A DNA stretch of 64,000 nucleotides from Sulfurimonas sp. (GCA_028689055.1 JAQTWZ010000001.1:106786-170785), one strand, 5' to 3'; counted from the first letter of the stretch, positions 9,436-19,199 are shown. The notes: a model not told the origin generated them from the letters alone. Translations and numbers: made by a program.

Positions 9436-10778
9436 TTCATAATCTCCCAATGTCCGCCTTTGGCACCGCCGACTCTGTCTATATAACCGTTTTCTTTTAA
9501 TGATTTAATATGTTTTTCTATAGCCGTTGTACTAATGTCGAGTTCTTCAGCCATTTTTGTAATTGCAATTTTTGGATTATTCTGCATGAGCTTCATAATA
9601 GCCTGCTGCGTTTCACCCAACTTTTCACCCAACTTTTCACCCAACCCATTTTCAACTTTTTCACCCAAGTCATTAAAATAAAACTCCACCCATAAACCAT
9701 TTTGCCATCTGAAGTTTGGTGTGATGCCATTGAACTTTTGTGACTCTTCTATGATTTTCTCAATCCCTCTTCCCCAAGACTCTATATATCCAGCCAAGAA
9801 AAAAGGATACGCAATAGCAGGGTTAAAAGGTTCCGATGAGTGTTTATGTTTGAGCGTTTCTAGCGTCCATTGTGTCGGTAATTCTCCGGCATTCCACATG
9901 AGCAACTTATCGTCATACACACTTATTTGGATGCTGTTTTGTGAGGCATAGTCTTTATGCACAACCGCATTAACAAGAGCCTCCCGAAATGCAAGTTCAG
10001 AAACAGGAAAACTCTCTACTCTTTGAACCCCTTCATAAGTGATAATCGCTTTGAGATATTTTGTGAAAATCAAGTCCATGGTTTTATCCACTTGAGCAAA
10101 TAAGTTTCCTTCCACTTGGTCTTGATACACAAGGTCACTATCGGATTTAAAGTATCCTATTTTTATAGTGCTTCCTGTTACATACTTTTGTGGGTCTTTA
10201 GAAAAAAGCAGCGTTGTCGCGCGTTTGAGATAATCGCCCTCTCTTAGGTGAAGCTTATCGACGAGCGTCTCATCACTCTCTTTTAAAAGTTCTGCATCTA
10301 TTCTTTTTTTCTTGTTTGCTTTTTCACGAAATAGCTCTATGGCATAATGATCCAAATCTTTGAAGCCAAAATACGGAACAGGCACACCATCCCATTTCTT
10401 GCCTTGTTTTCTCAAAAGAAACTTATCAAGTGCGGCACCCTTTAGCTCTTGAGTACTGCTTCCGCTTCTGTAGTAGTACGAACCTTTGTAGCTGATAGGA
10501 TACGGATAGTTTTCAGTGATGATTTCAAGATACTCTTTGCCGTTTTCCACATGCCGATTCACATCAACCATCACACCCAAAATATCTCTGACTTTGTTCG
10601 GTATGTCTTCAAGTAGTTTTTTAGCGTTCTCGATTCCAACGATTGCGCCGTCGTCTTCTACCCCGATGTAAATCGTACCACCGTCACTATTTGCAAAAGC
10701 ACAAACCCATTTGATGTAATCATCTTTCCATAATCGTTTAAATTCAATGGTTTGGGATTCATTAATATCAAGGTTCAT
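9432..10778 (-). CDS. AlbA_2 (Schlafen-like) / HATPase_c_4 / C-terminal wHTH protein (COG2865-type putative regulator)
   Basis: N-terminal ESQTIEFKR...FANSDGGTIYIGVEDDG (AlbA_2 signature) and C-terminal HTH KIAITKMAEELDISTTAIEKHIKSLKENGYIDR. Confidence 0.75.
   Translation of the reverse strand: MNLDINESQTIEFKRLWKDDYIKWVCAFANSDGGTIYIGVEDDGAIVGIENAKKLLEDIPNKVRDILGVMVDVNRHVENGKEYLEIITENYPYPISYKGSYYYRSGSSTQELKGAALDKFLLRKQGKKWDGVPVPYFGFKDLDHYAIELFREKANKKKRIDAELLKESDETLVDKLHLREGDYLKRATTLLFSKDPQKYVTGSTIKIGYFKSDSDLVYQDQVEGNLFAQVDKTMDLIFTKYLKAIITYEGVQRVESFPVSELAFREALVNAVVHKDYASQNSIQISVYDDKLLMWNAGELPTQWTLETLKHKHSSEPFNPAIAYPFFLAGYIESWGRGIEKIIEESQKFNGITPNFRWQNGLWVEFYFNDLGEKVENGLGEKLGEKLGETQQAIMKLMQNNPKIAITKMAEELDISTTAIEKHIKSLKENGYIDRVGGAKGGHWEIMK
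9611..9668. repeat. In-frame 12-nt tandem repeat (TTTTCACCCAAC, about 3 full copies plus degenerate copies) encoding (LGEK)n
   Basis: Read directly. It encodes GEKVENGLGEKLGEKLGET in the linker before the C-terminal HTH of the AlbA_2 protein. Confidence 0.8.
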
Positions 10779-12571
10779 CTATTTTTACCTTTTTTATATA
10801 ATTCTTCTTCAATTTCTTCTTCTTTTTCTTTAAGATTTCTTTGAATATAACTCATTCTAGCACGAGCTTCTTGCACAAGTTCTTGATAACTCATAGATAT
10901 GGTTCTTATTGGTCCAGAAGTAGTTTCTCTTTGTATTCCTTCTTCATATTCTGAACCAACTATGTAAACATTAAAAAAAGCCTCTTTAGTAAAAGTTTTT
11001 TTAACAACACTTGCATAACGCTCACCCTGAGCTTTATTTTCAAATGTAATTGCTTGTCCTGGCTTTTTTAATTCTAATATAAGAAATTCATTTCTCATTA
11101 AAATATTTTCTTGCATTTTTATGAACAAATCTGGTCGTTTTGAAGAATGATGACCACTATATGAACTATCTAAAATATTTTGTGAAATAGTTTTTAAACT
11201 TTTATTCGATATAAACCACTCATATCTTTCATCAACAATCCAAATATTTTCTGCAAGCACCTTATGAGTACCTTGCAATTCAAGTGTTTTTGGATCATTA
11301 ACCATCTGTTCAAACGCATCAAGAACTTCAAATCGCTGTTGTAATATTGTCAAAACATCAGCTACTTCCTTTATCCCCCACTGCTGTAAAGCTGCAGCTA
11401 ATTTTGTTATATCTTCATGACGAGCTTCATTAAGTCTTTTTAATATTTCATATACTTCATGTTGTTCATACGATTTCAAAGATAGTTCCATAACAGTTTT
11501 TATCAGATCTTTCTTATTGTATTTGATAGTTTTTATTGATTCTTTGATAGTGTTTTCTGCTGCTTTTCTAGTAAAGCTTGGTAAACTTTCTATGCGATGT
11601 TTATACTCTGGAATAGCCATATTTTTTTTGAACTCTTCCTCTACATCTGTATTGATTTGTAGCTCTACCTCTTCCATTAAAATATTTCGTATTTTTTCTT
11701 TCAACTCTCTTGTTATCTCATTATCTAAAATAGAATCCCAACCTGCAGTAAAATTTACACCTTCTAAATCAGTTAAATCTAGTTCACCATAAATATGTTC
11801 TGCTATTTCCTTTGGTAATTTTGCACCAAAAACATTAGTATCTCCTATAGCCCTATCATTAAATTTTAATTGTATTCCATAATCATTAAGTTTATCAACT
11901 GCATTGATAATCCAACCATTTATATCTTGACCAGCGATATTAATTGAAAATTCATGCTTCTCCCCAATAATCTCTTTAGTTTGGAGTTTTTCACCATTAA
12001 TATAAATTTCAAAATCATCATGCAAACCAAAATTGGATAATAATTTCTGTTTTAGGGTGTCAATAGGTATATCTAACTGTGAAATGTCAACTATAATGAT
12101 AAGTACAGAACTATTTTTTGAAGTTTGTTCCGTTTGTATGTTAATATTGATGTCATTAATATCTTTTTGCTTTTTTATCTCATCATGAGATAATTCAAAC
12201 TTATGTTGTATATTATTTTTAATTACCGTATATTTTAACTTTTTACCAAGTTTAAAACCGGACAATCTACCAATGCCTTTATTGCCTTTTCTTTTTCGGC
12301 CATTTGGTGATGTAGGGGGCTGAGAAGAAACACTAATATTAAAAAATCTATTTTTCAACTCGTCCATGTCCATGCCATGACCATTGTCTTCAAATGTGAT
12401 TACTCGTTCTTCCAACTTATCACTAGATAATGATATTTTTATATCTACCCTACTTGCATCGGCATCATAACTATTTGCAACAAGTTCAACAAAAGGCTGA
12501 TATATATCTTTATATATTTCATCACTTAGTAATTTAAAGATATTTGAATCTGCATGAAAATTTTGAGTCAT
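10775..12571 (-). CDS. GHKL-type ATPase (HATPase_c_3-like) fused to a C-terminal PD-(D/E)xK, Shedu/DUF4263-like nuclease motif
   Basis: Bergerat-fold boxes: ELVANSYDA (aa 29-37), FEDNGHGMD (aa 60-68), GNKGIGRLSGF (aa 96-106). C-terminus: ENIWIVDERYEW...SKRPDLFIK...FLILELKKPG (D481, E500, K502). Confidence 0.7.
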   Translation of the reverse strand: MTQNFHADSNIFKLLSDEIYKDIYQPFVELVANSYDADASRVDIKISLSSDKLEERVITFEDNGHGMDMDELKNRFFNISVSSQPPTSPNGRKRKGNKGIGRLSGFKLGKKLKYTVIKNNIQHKFELSHDEIKKQKDINDININIQTEQTSKNSSVLIIIVDISQLDIPIDTLKQKLLSNFGLHDDFEIYINGEKLQTKEIIGEKHEFSINIAGQDINGWIINAVDKLNDYGIQLKFNDRAIGDTNVFGAKLPKEIAEHIYGELDLTDLEGVNFTAGWDSILDNEITRELKEKIRNILMEEVELQINTDVEEEFKKNMAIPEYKHRIESLPSFTRKAAENTIKESIKTIKYNKKDLIKTVMELSLKSYEQHEVYEILKRLNEARHEDITKLAAALQQWGIKEVADVLTILQQRFEVLDAFEQMVNDPKTLELQGTHKVLAENIWIVDERYEWFISNKSLKTISQNILDSSYSGHHSSKRPDLFIKMQENILMRNEFLILELKKPGQAITFENKAQGERYASVVKKTFTKEAFFNVYIVGSEYEEGIQRETTSGPIRTISMSYQELVQEARARMSYIQRNLKEKEEEIEEELYKKGKNR

Positions 12572-12579
12572 TTCTTTCC

Positions 12580-15501
12580 TTAGTTATTTTTATTATTATT
12601 TTTACATTTAAAAATGCGATCTTCCACTTCATCTTTATCAAAATCAGGAGGAGTAGGCTTAAAACTTTTATCATCCTTTTGTAACTCATACTCTAATACT
12701 TGAAATTCACGTAACTTGGCAATATCTAATTTTGTTGTTAAAATTGTTGCATTATTTCCACCCTTAATCTTTATAAGGTCTTTAATATCTGTTCTAGATG
12801 GTTGATGTACTCTATTATCACCATATTTTGCGTCATTAGATTGTATAAAGTAACAATGTAAATCTCTTGCACTAGATTCGATAATATTTGAAAAGTATGA
12901 TGTATCTTTATTAAACTCACTAGCTACAATAAAATCAACCTTAGATTTAAAAAGTGCTCTTGCATGAATATCGGTTAATTCATAACAATTAAAGGTTGTA
13001 AATGAAAGATTTTTCCATAGATACTTATGATAACTTTTTCTTTCATATTCTGGAATTTTATATCTATATCCTTCTAAAATACGTTTTTCCTCTGGTGAAT
13101 AATTATTTTTTAATCTGAAGTCAACAATTAAAGAATTGTATTTACCCATTTTAATTGGTAATAGAGTGACAATAATGTTATATGCTTTATTACCTGATAT
13201 TATATGTTCCATGCCAAATACCATTGCGAGCTGATTTTTATTTGCGTTGTCAATAATCCAGCTTAACCAATTTAATGGAATTGAACATTCTGGTAAGACT
13301 AATAAGTCAACAGATTCTTTTACACTTTGATTAATAAGCTCTTGAATTTCAGTTTTTCTTTGATGTGAAGGTTTTGGATTTCTAATATATTCTTTACTAA
13401 AAATAGTTTCATCAATCCTAATATTTGCCAAAGCTATGTTTAATGATTTTTTGCAATCATCTTCATTGATAGTAATTGAATAAATATGATGATTATTAGG
13501 ATTCACATTTTCATCAATAGCATCAATAGCATCAACAATTCCTAATTTTTTTTCTTTTTTACAATGCTGATAGTTATAGCATTCAAATAATTTTTTAGAT
13601 TTGTTTAATACAGACTCAGCACTTGTTATATTATTACCAAGGATATTTTCTTCAATCCTATATAGGTACTCTAAAATTGATATTTCATGTAAATGAATAA
13701 ATCGTGAAGGATAATTACATGTTTCTTGCAGTTTTGAAATTTTATCTGGTTCTATAAAATCAAGATAAGGTACCGTATTAAATGCTTCTACAAAATTCAG
13801 TATAGAATACTTCATATAACTTTTACGCGTTAAGTCGGCATTTCTTATTTGAAGTATTTTATCAATACTAGGTAGTAACTTTTTAATTTTTTCCGCAGCT
13901 TTTTCAACTATAGAATCTATGAAATATTGAGGACGCAGTGCAGCTGCAGAACTGATTGCGATAGATAAATGTATCAAAAAATCTTCAGCGATTTTTTTAT
14001 CTTTTACTGGTAGTTTTTTTAATGCCAGCTCAATATTTTTAATAAATTTATAGAAACTATTACGATCTTTAGTGATAATAAAATATGTGAATATTTTTTC
14101 CCATAATGTGTAATATTCTAAAGATTTTTTTTCTTTAAAAAATTGTAAAATTTGGGTAGAAGTTGCTTGATCAACTTTACTTTTCATTTGAAGACTTAAA
14201 AATATTTTTTTAGCTAAAAATGAAGAAATAGTAAACCTGTCCTCTTGGAATTCTTTAATGCTTCTTAGTTTATTCACTGAACCGTCATAAATAATTTTAA
14301 TTGTAGATTCTTCAAAACTTTCATTGGCTAAATCTTCATCAGGCAAGAATCTATATTCGCTACTTGATCTTCGAATTTCTTTTACAAATCGATCAAGCAT
14401 TGACAAAGAACTCTTATGATCAAAAAACATTACTGATATTTTGCTATTTTGAATAGTAAGATTACTATATTGTTCAGCTGCTAATTTATAAAGAATATCA
14501 CCATCTTTTTTAGCTATGTTGTCACAACTCTCACATCTAAGTATATTTGTATCAAGAAAGTATTTCTTTATAACTTCCTCAGTTTTTGTATACTTACTTG
14601 AACTATCCACACAAATCGTAAGCAATATATCATCAACATATCTACCATAAAACAAAGGATTTATCTCTTTCTTAGCTAATAGATCAAAATCCCGTAAATA
14701 ATAATTTGCAAGTACTCCAGATGATAAAAAACCAATAGGTAAAATTGGTTTTTTATCATGCTTTTTTAATATTTTTTTTGTATAAAAATCATGGATTGCA
14801 AACAATAATGATGTTAGTGGATTTGCTTTACTGTAAGTACCTATAGTTTTCAGAAGGTTTTCTTCATTTAGTTCAATTGAATGATAATAGTCTTTAATAT
14901 CTAATCCAATTAGTAATGTATTTTTCTTTTCTTCAATAATATTTTTTGCGGTTTGAATAGACTTATCACGCCATTTTTGATACTCTTCATAGTATGGCTT
15001 AAATAATCTTAGCCCATTTACAATTTCACCTTCAGAATCTAATTCTAGTTTATAACCATATAAATCTTCTTGCCCTTTTTGTAATACATAACCTTCTCTC
15101 ATAATCCATAAAACTGTAATTATATGAATCTCGATTGGAGCATTGACAAATTGAATTTCTCTTTTAACTTCAATTTTTTCATTACTTACTACATTGCTAA
15201 GTAGGCTGTCTTTTAATTCTTCATCTTTTTCATAACTCTTTGGAAGAGACCAAAAACTCATCTGCTTTAAAAGATTATTCATATAAGTATTTAATGATTT
15301 TATTGACTCATGATCTCTATTAATAATATCCTCTAATACTATTTGTAGTTCTTCAAATTTATACTCAAAATCTGTTGATTCAAATTCTGCAAGCTGTTCT
15401 CTAAGAAAAAGATTACTGTTATCATAATAAACATAATGCTTTAATTTTTTATAAGCATTTTGAATTTCATTTAATTCTATTTTTAATTTTAATGTACTCA
15501 T
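12580..15501 (-). CDS. Reverse transcriptase fused to a C-N hydrolase (nitrilase-superfamily) domain; DRT type 1 / UG-class-1-like defence RT
   Basis: RT motif A LIGLDIKDYYHSI (D201), motif B ILPIGFLSSGVLANYYLRDFD, motif C FYGRYVDDILLT (YVDD 288-291). A helical region of about 300 aa follows. The C-terminal putative E-K-C triad is LVLPECS (E738), FRLKNNYSPEE (K798), TTFNCYELTD (C839). Confidence 0.8.
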   Translation of the reverse strand: MSTLKLKIELNEIQNAYKKLKHYVYYDNSNLFLREQLAEFESTDFEYKFEELQIVLEDIINRDHESIKSLNTYMNNLLKQMSFWSLPKSYEKDEELKDSLLSNVVSNEKIEVKREIQFVNAPIEIHIITVLWIMREGYVLQKGQEDLYGYKLELDSEGEIVNGLRLFKPYYEEYQKWRDKSIQTAKNIIEEKKNTLLIGLDIKDYYHSIELNEENLLKTIGTYSKANPLTSLLFAIHDFYTKKILKKHDKKPILPIGFLSSGVLANYYLRDFDLLAKKEINPLFYGRYVDDILLTICVDSSSKYTKTEEVIKKYFLDTNILRCESCDNIAKKDGDILYKLAAEQYSNLTIQNSKISVMFFDHKSSLSMLDRFVKEIRRSSSEYRFLPDEDLANESFEESTIKIIYDGSVNKLRSIKEFQEDRFTISSFLAKKIFLSLQMKSKVDQATSTQILQFFKEKKSLEYYTLWEKIFTYFIITKDRNSFYKFIKNIELALKKLPVKDKKIAEDFLIHLSIAISSAAALRPQYFIDSIVEKAAEKIKKLLPSIDKILQIRNADLTRKSYMKYSILNFVEAFNTVPYLDFIEPDKISKLQETCNYPSRFIHLHEISILEYLYRIEENILGNNITSAESVLNKSKKLFECYNYQHCKKEKKLGIVDAIDAIDENVNPNNHHIYSITINEDDCKKSLNIALANIRIDETIFSKEYIRNPKPSHQRKTEIQELINQSVKESVDLLVLPECSIPLNWLSWIIDNANKNQLAMVFGMEHIISGNKAYNIIVTLLPIKMGKYNSLIVDFRLKNNYSPEEKRILEGYRYKIPEYERKSYHKYLWKNLSFTTFNCYELTDIHARALFKSKVDFIVASEFNKDTSYFSNIIESSARDLHCYFIQSNDAKYGDNRVHQPSRTDIKDLIKIKGGNNATILTTKLDIAKLREFQVLEYELQKDDKSFKPTPPDFDKDEVEDRIFKCKNNNKNN

Positions 15502-16724
15502 CTAACCCTCACATTCCCGCTAAGTAAATCATTCATCAAGCCTTTTTTTAGCTCTTTTAGTTTGGCTAGGTTAGCTTCTTCTTTTTCGATTTTTTTATCT
15601 TGAGTGGTTAGGATTTTCGCAGTCTTTTTTTGTTCTTCGATATCTAGTGGACAAGGTAAAAGCAATTTTGAAAAGGATGATTTATTTACAATCGGTACAG
15701 CTTGTAATCCAGCTTCTGTATCCAATTGTCTTTGTAAAAATTGGTTCATGGCATAAAATACAAATCCATAATAATATTTTTTGTTACACATCAAAGCATT
15801 TATTTGTTGATTTGTACAACATTGTTTTATGGTTAAAGCTATTTTCCCAATTGTTGAGCCTATGCATACCGTTAGAATTGCTTTTTCAGAAATTTCTCTT
15901 GAATATTTAAGACCCTCTTGTGATACAGTTTTTTCAGTTTTTACAATATATTTTTGTCCCTTAAAGTCCACTGGACCGATGAAAGGCACATTACCATTGT
16001 AAAATTCTTCATTATCTGTTGAAGGAGTGTTTCCCGTAACTACATTTCCAACTTCTTCTAAACTCACAACCTCCCACTCCTCAGGGATGAGCCCTAATTC
16101 ACTTTGTTTGTATTTATGTGTTTGTGGGGTGCGGATTTTGTTGTTTTTGTCTATGCCGTTGGTTAGCAAGTCGTGCATCAAGCCTTTTTTGATATTTTTT
16201 TCTTTATCGATGAGTTTTGCGGTTGACTCTATAGTTTTATCAAGAGTTGAGAGGACTTTGGCTATTTTTTGCTGTTCTTTTATTTCTTTTGGATATTTAA
16301 TCAATAATTTACCAAAATCATTTTTGCTTATTGCTAGAAATGTGCTTCCTTGAGCTAATCTATCTAATTGAACCTTTTCTTGAAATAAAGAATAAAATCC
16401 GAACTCATTATCTAACTTTGTTATTGTAAGTGCGGCTAAACCTCTTCCAATACAATAACTTTTGTCAGCTAAATTCATATCACCGACAGGTGCTCTAACA
16501 CTAATAAGAATATCACCTTGTTTAGCTATCTTTTTAGGTACGGTAACCCAATATAATTCCATGGGATTTATATTTCCGAACTCTGCATTACCTTGCAAAA
16601 ATGGTATCCCATCCTGACTTTCATTTACAAATTCAGAATCAGGAGATTGCCCCATATTAATGCTTGCTAAAGCTGAAAAAGGTTTTACTTCCCACCCCTC
16701 GGGCACATTCATAACTTCGCTCAT
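15498..16724 (-). CDS. hsdS: Type I R-M specificity subunit S
   Basis: Two target-recognition halves, each followed by a conserved helix ([17 protein letters not shown] and [17 protein letters not shown]). The preferred start is [13 protein letters not shown] at 16724 (ATGA overlap with the hsdM stop), not the track's 16820. Confidence 0.9.
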   Translation of the reverse strand: MSEVMNVPEGWEVKPFSALASINMGQSPDSEFVNESQDGIPFLQGNAEFGNINPMELYWVTVPKKIAKQGDILISVRAPVGDMNLADKSYCIGRGLAALTITKLDNEFGFYSLFQEKVQLDRLAQGSTFLAISKNDFGKLLIKYPKEIKEQQKIAKVLSTLDKTIESTAKLIDKEKNIKKGLMHDLLTNGIDKNNKIRTPQTHKYKQSELGLIPEEWEVVSLEEVGNVVTGNTPSTDNEEFYNGNVPFIGPVDFKGQKYIVKTEKTVSQEGLKYSREISEKAILTVCIGSTIGKIALTIKQCCTNQQINALMCNKKYYYGFVFYAMNQFLQRQLDTEAGLQAVPIVNKSSFSKLLLPCPLDIEEQKKTAKILTTQDKKIEKEEANLAKLKELKKGLMNDLLSGNVRVR

Positions 16725-18940
16725 AGATACCCAAGCTCTGCTAAAAACTCTTTTATCTCTGCGGTTGATTCGTCGCGCTCTTTTTCTATCTGCTCTAAAC
16801 TTACTTGGTATTTGTCCCAAAGGTTTTCTGTGCTTTTTATGATGGCTTGTTTTTTCTCATTTAGGTATCTGTTTGCTATTTCAAGTGCATCGGTTTTTAG
16901 CTGTTGTACTACAAAGGGTTTCACATCTGCGATGTTTTCAAATATTTGCTCTTTTATTTGAGCGATTTTTTCTCTTATGACGACTCTGTCGTTTTCTTCT
17001 TTGGCAGATTTTAGTTTTTTGAGAAGCTCCATATACTTGGCATGTGGAAGGTGCGCTTCTTCAGCAAGTGTATCTACAAACGCGCTGCTGCTCAAAAACT
17101 TCTCGCTTAAAAGATTGTAGTCGTAACCGCTGTTTTTTATGGACTTGATTGTAAATTTATTTTCAACCCACCATGAAGCGAAAATGCCTCGTATCTTAAA
17201 TCTGTCTATCACTTCATGGCTTGTTGACGTAAACGCTTTTTCTATGAGAGCATAGCCCTCAACATAGAGTGTGGCGATGTTGCTGCTCTTTTCATCCACA
17301 AGTGTTTGATAGCCATCGTGCCATGTGGAAACTATGCCAAGCACCATTGCATCCGTCTTTTTAAAACCCTCCGAAGCTTCTAACACTTCTCTTATGTTTT
17401 GTTTTTCTTGTATGGTCTGTATAAATTCATAGTAGTTTTCATCTTTGGTTTGAAAAATATCGCTCGGAGTCAGCATGTAGTTAGCCATCAAAGGGGCGTT
17501 CCACTCGCACTTTGGAATGCCGCCCTTGAGATGCGCTTTGACATCGTGAGGTTCTGCCGGGGGAGTGTTGTCTACATAGCGTCTTATGTTTAGGTTGAAA
17601 CCCTCTTTTTCCAACTCTTCTATGCTTACAAGCTTGGAGTAGTTTACAAGCTCAAGAGTGTTTTGATACGCAAAGTTGATTTTTTCTATATCTTCGGCTC
17701 TAAGATTGTTTTGGTTTTTCCCCTCTTTGTACTCTGCGTCTGCGTTTATAAAAAGGATTTTGTCATCTTTTTTGGCTTTGTTGATGATGAGCAGAGAAGC
17801 AGGAATGCCCGTGCCGTAAAACAGCCCCGATGGCAAGCCTATCACCGCTTCAAGAATGCCGAGTTCTTTGATGAGATGCTTTCTAAATTCACCCTCGACA
17901 CTCCCGCGAAAGAGCACTCCATGCGGCATAACCACACCCATTTTACCACTGCTTTTAAGTGAGGCTATCATATGCTGGACAAACATATAATCGCCTTTTT
18001 TGCCACCCTCAGGCATAAAGTGAGAAAATCTCTCTTTGAAAGTCATGTCGGATTTTTTGTAGTTTTGAGAAAAAGGCGGGTTGGCTATAACTCTGTCAAA
18101 CTGCATCAACTGCCCATCTTTTGTGTGGAGCGGTTTTTCTAGCGTGTCTTCGTTCTTTATGTCTGCATTTGATATGCCGTGCAAAATCATATTCATCTTG
18201 CACATCGCCCAAGTGGTCGCTATGGCATCTTGCCCGTTAAGCGAAAAGTCGTTTGAGTTATAAATCTCTTTGATGTGCTCTTTTGCCTGAATGAGCATAC
18301 CACCGCTTCCCACCGTAGGGTCGTAAATGCTCATGCCGGGTTTTGGGTCGAGGATTTTTACCAGAAGTGTCACCACTCCGCTTGGCGTGTAAAACTCTCC
18401 CGCTTTTTTGCCCGCACTATCTGCAAAATACTTTATGAGATACTCATACGCCGCACCTAAGAGGTCGGGAAATTCAAAATCCTCATCCCTGAGACGAATC
18501 TTATCAAAGTGCTGAAGGAGTTGTTGGAGTTTTGCATCGGAGATTTTAGAGTTGCCGACTTTTTTGTTAAAGTCTATATGCTTGAGTACATCTTCTAGGG
18601 ATGAAAGATTGGCTTCTTCTATGGCAGAGAGTGCTATGTTTAGGTTTTCACCTATGTTTTTTTTGAGGTGTCTGAGGGTTTCCCATTTTGCATTTTGAGG
18701 GATGGTAAAAGTAAATTTATGATTTGCTAAAAGTATCTCTATGGTGGCATCGTCATGTCCATCTTTTTTGTAGCTGTCTCTTACTCTGTTGTACTCTACA
18801 TCGTACTGGTCTGAGAGCCGTTTGAGAAAAAGCATACCGAAAATATACTCTTTAAACTCACTCGCCTCCATCTTGCCGCGAAGTATGTCAGCGGCTGAAA
18901 AAAGGTGTTGTTCTAGTTGAGAAAGGGTGAGTTTTTGCAT
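16721..18940 (-). CDS. hsdM: Type I R-M N6-adenine DNA methyltransferase subunit M (with a long C-terminal extension)
   Basis: AdoMet motif [12 protein letters not shown] and catalytic VIANPPFS. N-terminal HsdM_N-like region [14 protein letters not shown]. At 739 aa it is longer than the roughly 520 aa I would expect. Confidence 0.93.
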   Translation of the reverse strand: MQKLTLSQLEQHLFSAADILRGKMEASEFKEYIFGMLFLKRLSDQYDVEYNRVRDSYKKDGHDDATIEILLANHKFTFTIPQNAKWETLRHLKKNIGENLNIALSAIEEANLSSLEDVLKHIDFNKKVGNSKISDAKLQQLLQHFDKIRLRDEDFEFPDLLGAAYEYLIKYFADSAGKKAGEFYTPSGVVTLLVKILDPKPGMSIYDPTVGSGGMLIQAKEHIKEIYNSNDFSLNGQDAIATTWAMCKMNMILHGISNADIKNEDTLEKPLHTKDGQLMQFDRVIANPPFSQNYKKSDMTFKERFSHFMPEGGKKGDYMFVQHMIASLKSSGKMGVVMPHGVLFRGSVEGEFRKHLIKELGILEAVIGLPSGLFYGTGIPASLLIINKAKKDDKILFINADAEYKEGKNQNNLRAEDIEKINFAYQNTLELVNYSKLVSIEELEKEGFNLNIRRYVDNTPPAEPHDVKAHLKGGIPKCEWNAPLMANYMLTPSDIFQTKDENYYEFIQTIQEKQNIREVLEASEGFKKTDAMVLGIVSTWHDGYQTLVDEKSSNIATLYVEGYALIEKAFTSTSHEVIDRFKIRGIFASWWVENKFTIKSIKNSGYDYNLLSEKFLSSSAFVDTLAEEAHLPHAKYMELLKKLKSAKEENDRVVIREKIAQIKEQIFENIADVKPFVVQQLKTDALEIANRYLNEKKQAIIKSTENLWDKYQVSLEQIEKERDESTAEIKEFLAELGYL

Positions 18941-19159
18941 CTATATCAGTCCATCTTTTTGCATTCGTTCTTGTAGGGCTATTGTTATATATGAGTTCAC
19001 AGTTCCACCATAATATGCTTTAATTTTATCTTCCCATTCTATCGGAATGTTGATAAGTTTTTTCTTTTTATTAAACGCTTTTTCATTTTTTACGTTTTCA
19101 TTCATAGCTGCCGAAGATTTTACTTGTTCTATATTTTTGAGAAATGATGATTTTGCCAT
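18941..19159 (-). CDS. Small basic protein following parA (possible ribbon-helix-helix/ParG-like partner); function uncertain
   Basis: 72 aa. It lies 40 nt downstream of parA and its stop abuts the hsdM ATG with no gap. The only fold hint is the C-terminal NSYITIALQERMQKDG. Confidence 0.4.
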   Translation of the reverse strand: MAKSSFLKNIEQVKSSAAMNENVKNEKAFNKKKKLINIPIEWEDKIKAYYGGTVNSYITIALQERMQKDGLI

Positions 19160-19199
19160 TTTATATTCCTTAGATATTTAAAATATATACTTTTAATAT

